From: Phycisphaerae bacterium
GTDB taxonomy: Bacteria; Planctomycetota; Phycisphaerae; WQYP01
DNA length: 54,565 nucleotides
Assembly: GCA_038248985.1 (NCBI GenBank)
Contig: JBBRWV010000005.1
Coordinates: forward strand, 1-54,565
Direction of reading: 5' to 3'
Below are positions 54,429-54,565 of the stretch, in pieces. The notes beneath the pieces were generated by a model. It was not told the DNA's origin. It saw only the letters and a program-made list of their open reading frames with translations, and made no database searches. The translations under genes and the position numbers were made by a program. Position 1 is the stretch's first letter; each line of letters opens with the position of its first letter.

Positions 54429-54565
54429 CCCAACTTCCGCAGTTTGCGAGCAAAAAGGCCTTTGGCGATGGTGCCAAGGCCCTTTTTTCCTAAAAGTCTT
54501 CACTACAAATCCACCACCTCCAGGCTCCGCGGCAGCGTCAGCCCCAGCTTGTGTAACAGGATCGC
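54429..54565 (-). mobile_element. Probable right end of an IS1634-like insertion sequence (transposase C-terminus plus terminal IR)
   Basis: Minus-strand ORF end [20 protein letters not shown] (54565-54503), hairpin at 54452-54488, terminal AACTGCGGAAGTTGGG; family assignment from recalled similarity only. Confidence 0.5.

Noticed and set aside
1-54565. CRISPR array, tRNA or rRNA genes, prophage, DGR/retron reverse transcriptase
   Set aside because: No repeat-spacer periodicity, cloverleaf or rRNA signatures, phage genes or RT motifs were recognised by eye.

Overview
GC-rich bacterial chromosomal window with about 50 genes; the gene content suggests Planctomycetota (Phycisphaerae-like), which is an inference. 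Housekeeping and other recognisable genes: lipB, lon, hsp20, cimA, valS, purQ, iscS/nifS, prfC, recA, liv and ABC-2 transporters, an RND permease and a GH42 beta-galactosidase. These are interleaved with two surface-glycosylation clusters (glycosyl- and methyltransferases at 15.8-24.7 kb; Maf plus NeuA/B/C at 33.6-40.3 kb) and two ECF sigma/anti-sigma modules. Most notable: (1) an operon coupling an ECF sigma to a membrane anti-sigma with a dockerin-like Ca2+ loop, a cohesin-like membrane protein, a VIT-vWA lipoprotein and an unannotated 59-aa lipoprotein; (2) an Ile/Val-rich leader peptide plus terminator in front of cimA-valS; (3) a low-GC in-frame cassette inside valS; (4) a cytidylyltransferase/Cys-less radical-SAM/SPASM fusion; (5) strong G/C strand skew, independent of gene direction, that reverses twice. 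Also seen: a truncated hicA beside an intact hicB, a GTTC-N7-GTTC repeat in the recA promoter, and a probable IS end at the right edge. No rRNA, tRNA or CRISPR array was recognised. All domain calls are by motif recognition, not database search.
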